A stretch of 64,000 nucleotides of DNA from the human T2T-CHM13v2.0 reference genome, Homo sapiens: NCBI GenBank assembly GCA_009914755.4, contig CP068257.2:41696001-41760000 (forward strand), in the 5' to 3' direction. This document shows, in pieces, positions 61,901 to 64,000 of this stretch. Both the position numbers and the translations under genes were made by a program. The number at the start of each line of letters is the position of its first letter. Position 1 is the stretch's first letter. The notes beneath the pieces were generated by a model. The model did not search any database. It saw nothing but the letters and a program-made list of their open reading frames with translations, and had not been told where the DNA came from.

Positions 61901-64000
61901 CCATCTGAGGGGCTTGGGGTCCTGCAGCTGCAGACGACTGCACCCTCAGGGCCGACACCCACCCTGGACGGGCAGACATGCACCCCTGCTTACGCCAACT
62001 GCTCTGTCTGGGTGCCAGGCAGGGACAATTCAGCCCTATCACGGGAGCACTGCCGGGGGCTCCCACCCACCTCTGGTCCTCCGGCCACGTGTGCCTCAGT
62101 TTCCTGACCCATAAAGCAGGGAGGCTGCGATGACAACCTCAGGGGGGAACATCCCCAGGGGCCTGGGCACAGTGGCGTTCAGGACATAAACCACTGTGGC
62201 CAAAGCCTCTGGGACAGGCCTCTGAGCATATGCAATCAGGAGAGTGGGGAGAAGCCAGTCGCTGGGTCCAGGAAGCAGAAGGGAGGGTGCTGAGGGCACC
62301 TGCTGTGGGTGCTTCCTTGGGGTAGAAACGAGACCAGAAGCCCCTAGGGATGAGAGCCTGGCCACGGCAGGGACCCTGGAATACAGATGGATCCCACATG
62401 CAGAGCGCGTCCCCGGGAGACCCCAGACCTGGACGGTCAGCAAGGCCTGGGGTGAGAAACAGCTCGGTCCCAGGTAGGAGGGGTGCCCAGAGCCACCACA
62501 GGCTCTGTGACGGGAGGGCCAGGCAGCCATCACCGCCCACTGGGCTGAGCCTGCCCTGCACTTCCAGCTCCTGCTCCCGGAAACTGCCCGGTGTGGGGGC
62601 CAGAGGGTGACCCCACAGCACTGTGGCCCAGAACACGCGAAGGCAAGCTTCACCCGACTCGGACCACTGCTACCGACCGTGGCCAGCCCACATCACTGGA
62701 GCCCGGGCTCTTTCCCCCGACTGGGGGCATTGCCGGGGTGTGTGCTGGGGTGCGCCCCCGTCCCCCACAGGACCTGGCCGTCCACTCCACTCACCAAGGG
62801 CAGCTCCAGCCACCCCCTGCAAGCTCTGCTGGACCCTCCCGCTCCCTCACCCATTGCTGTAACCTTCCCGCCATCCTTGGTGCCAACCCTACACCTGGGA
62901 GCCACAAACGCCTCTTGGATCCCAAGCCTCCAGGCAGGGTGGTTCTGAGCGGGGTAGCATCTCCCAAGCCCTGGCCAGCCCCGAACCCCCTGCACCACCC
63001 CAGCAGGGCCCGGGGAGCTGTGGTGCTCTGAATTCTGAGTGGCCGATGGCGCATCATGCCGGTGAGAGGTAATAATCACTGCCTGACTCAGACACGCAGA
63101 CTGCTGGGCTGTCATGCCTATTTCAGGAAAATTAATTATACCCCATGCCGAGAGGGAACTCGCCCATTTAACGTCTTCAACGCACCTGCCCAGAATGCCA
63201 TGGCACAGCCTGCCTGCACCCCTGGGCATGGGAAAGGGTGGGCAGAGCCCCCAGTTTCTCCAGGTGTCAGGCGGGCTTGCAGGGTGGTGGCCAGCAGGGC
63301 TCCAGGCCCTTCTAGCCAGGCCCGACCCCGTCACCACTGATACTGGAAACTGCAACCTTTGCCCAGGGAGTCCCCTTTGAAAGCCAAGCCTTTGATCCAG
63401 CTGAGTGCCAGAAAAGGCCTTGGGCCGGCCCTGGGGCTGGCCCGAGGACCTGGCTCAGGGACCTGGCTGGCCCTACTGTGGCATTAGAAAGCTCCGCACC
63501 AGTAAGCCGACCGTTGCCCACATGGGAAGGCTGCCCTATGCCCTCTGGACAGCTGGCCCTGCTGGCAAGCCCGTTTCCTTCTCCTACTTGCTCTATGGGG
63601 CCTGCTAAGATGGACAGCAGGCACGTCCAGGACCAGGGGCTGGGAGCTGGGCTTAGCTGCCCTGGGCTGAAATTCAGCCCAGGCCTCTGGGCCCCGAGCT
63701 TTACCTTTCCCTGGCAAGAGTTGATGTACACGTTGGCGTAACCAGGCTGCACACATCCCAGGACAAGCTTCCCAACTGTGACTAGCCATGGCTCACGTTT
63801 GCCTGGGTTCCCCCACCAGGCTCGCCCCAGGCCTGCCCTTGCTATGTCCTCAGACACCCGGGGGCAGGCACAGCTGTCACCCTCCTGGCAGCTGGAAAAG
63901 AAGGGCTTGAGCAGTTCTACAGCTCAGCGAGGCTGCAGGGCTTTGCAGGGAAGAGCCGCCAGGTGCCAGACGTCACGCGTGGCAAGGCAAATCCTACAGC

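Overview
This window is not prokaryotic accessory DNA. It reads as primate, almost certainly human, nuclear sequence from a GC-rich, minisatellite-dense region. That composition is typical of subtelomeric or GC-rich-isochore DNA, but I cannot place it at a specific locus without a database search.

What the sequence shows directly:
- Alu elements. There are four intact or near-intact elements at 36527-36830 (minus strand), 43335-43627 (minus), 51459-51749 (plus) and 52822-53116 (plus), plus a tail-to-tail pair of Alu fragments at 16227-16662. Two of them have clear target-site duplications.
- Tandem repeats. There are about 20 arrays in 64 kb, with unit lengths from 2 to about 88 bp. The large ones are an 18-bp unit with about 31 copies, a 32-bp unit with about 25 copies, a 36-bp unit with about 16 copies, and a compound TG-rich array of about 1.1 kb.
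- Microsatellites: (CA)n/(GT)n tracts, a (GGAA/GAAA)n tract and a (CCCT)n tract.
- CpG-rich patches. Two read as CpG islands.
- AT-rich non-repetitive islands. Four sit in the GC-rich background and carry clustered homeodomain-type TAAT motifs, so they look like conserved non-coding elements or UTRs.

None of the ORFs in the six-frame track can be supported as a gene. The long ones lie on the tandem repeats, where the unit has no stop codon in that frame. The rest are GC-rich, stop-poor, low-complexity Pro/Gly/Ala/Arg translations. Human exons are short and spliced, so an ORF track is not informative here, and I make no CDS calls.

I find no CRISPR array, defence island, operon, tRNA or rRNA. 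The hunt list below covers candidate regulatory DNA, repeat biology and structure-forming sequence, not a novel system. The best lead for something regulatory rather than repetitive is a ~50-bp minisatellite that repeats a perfect NF-Y CCAAT site six times (11877-12142).
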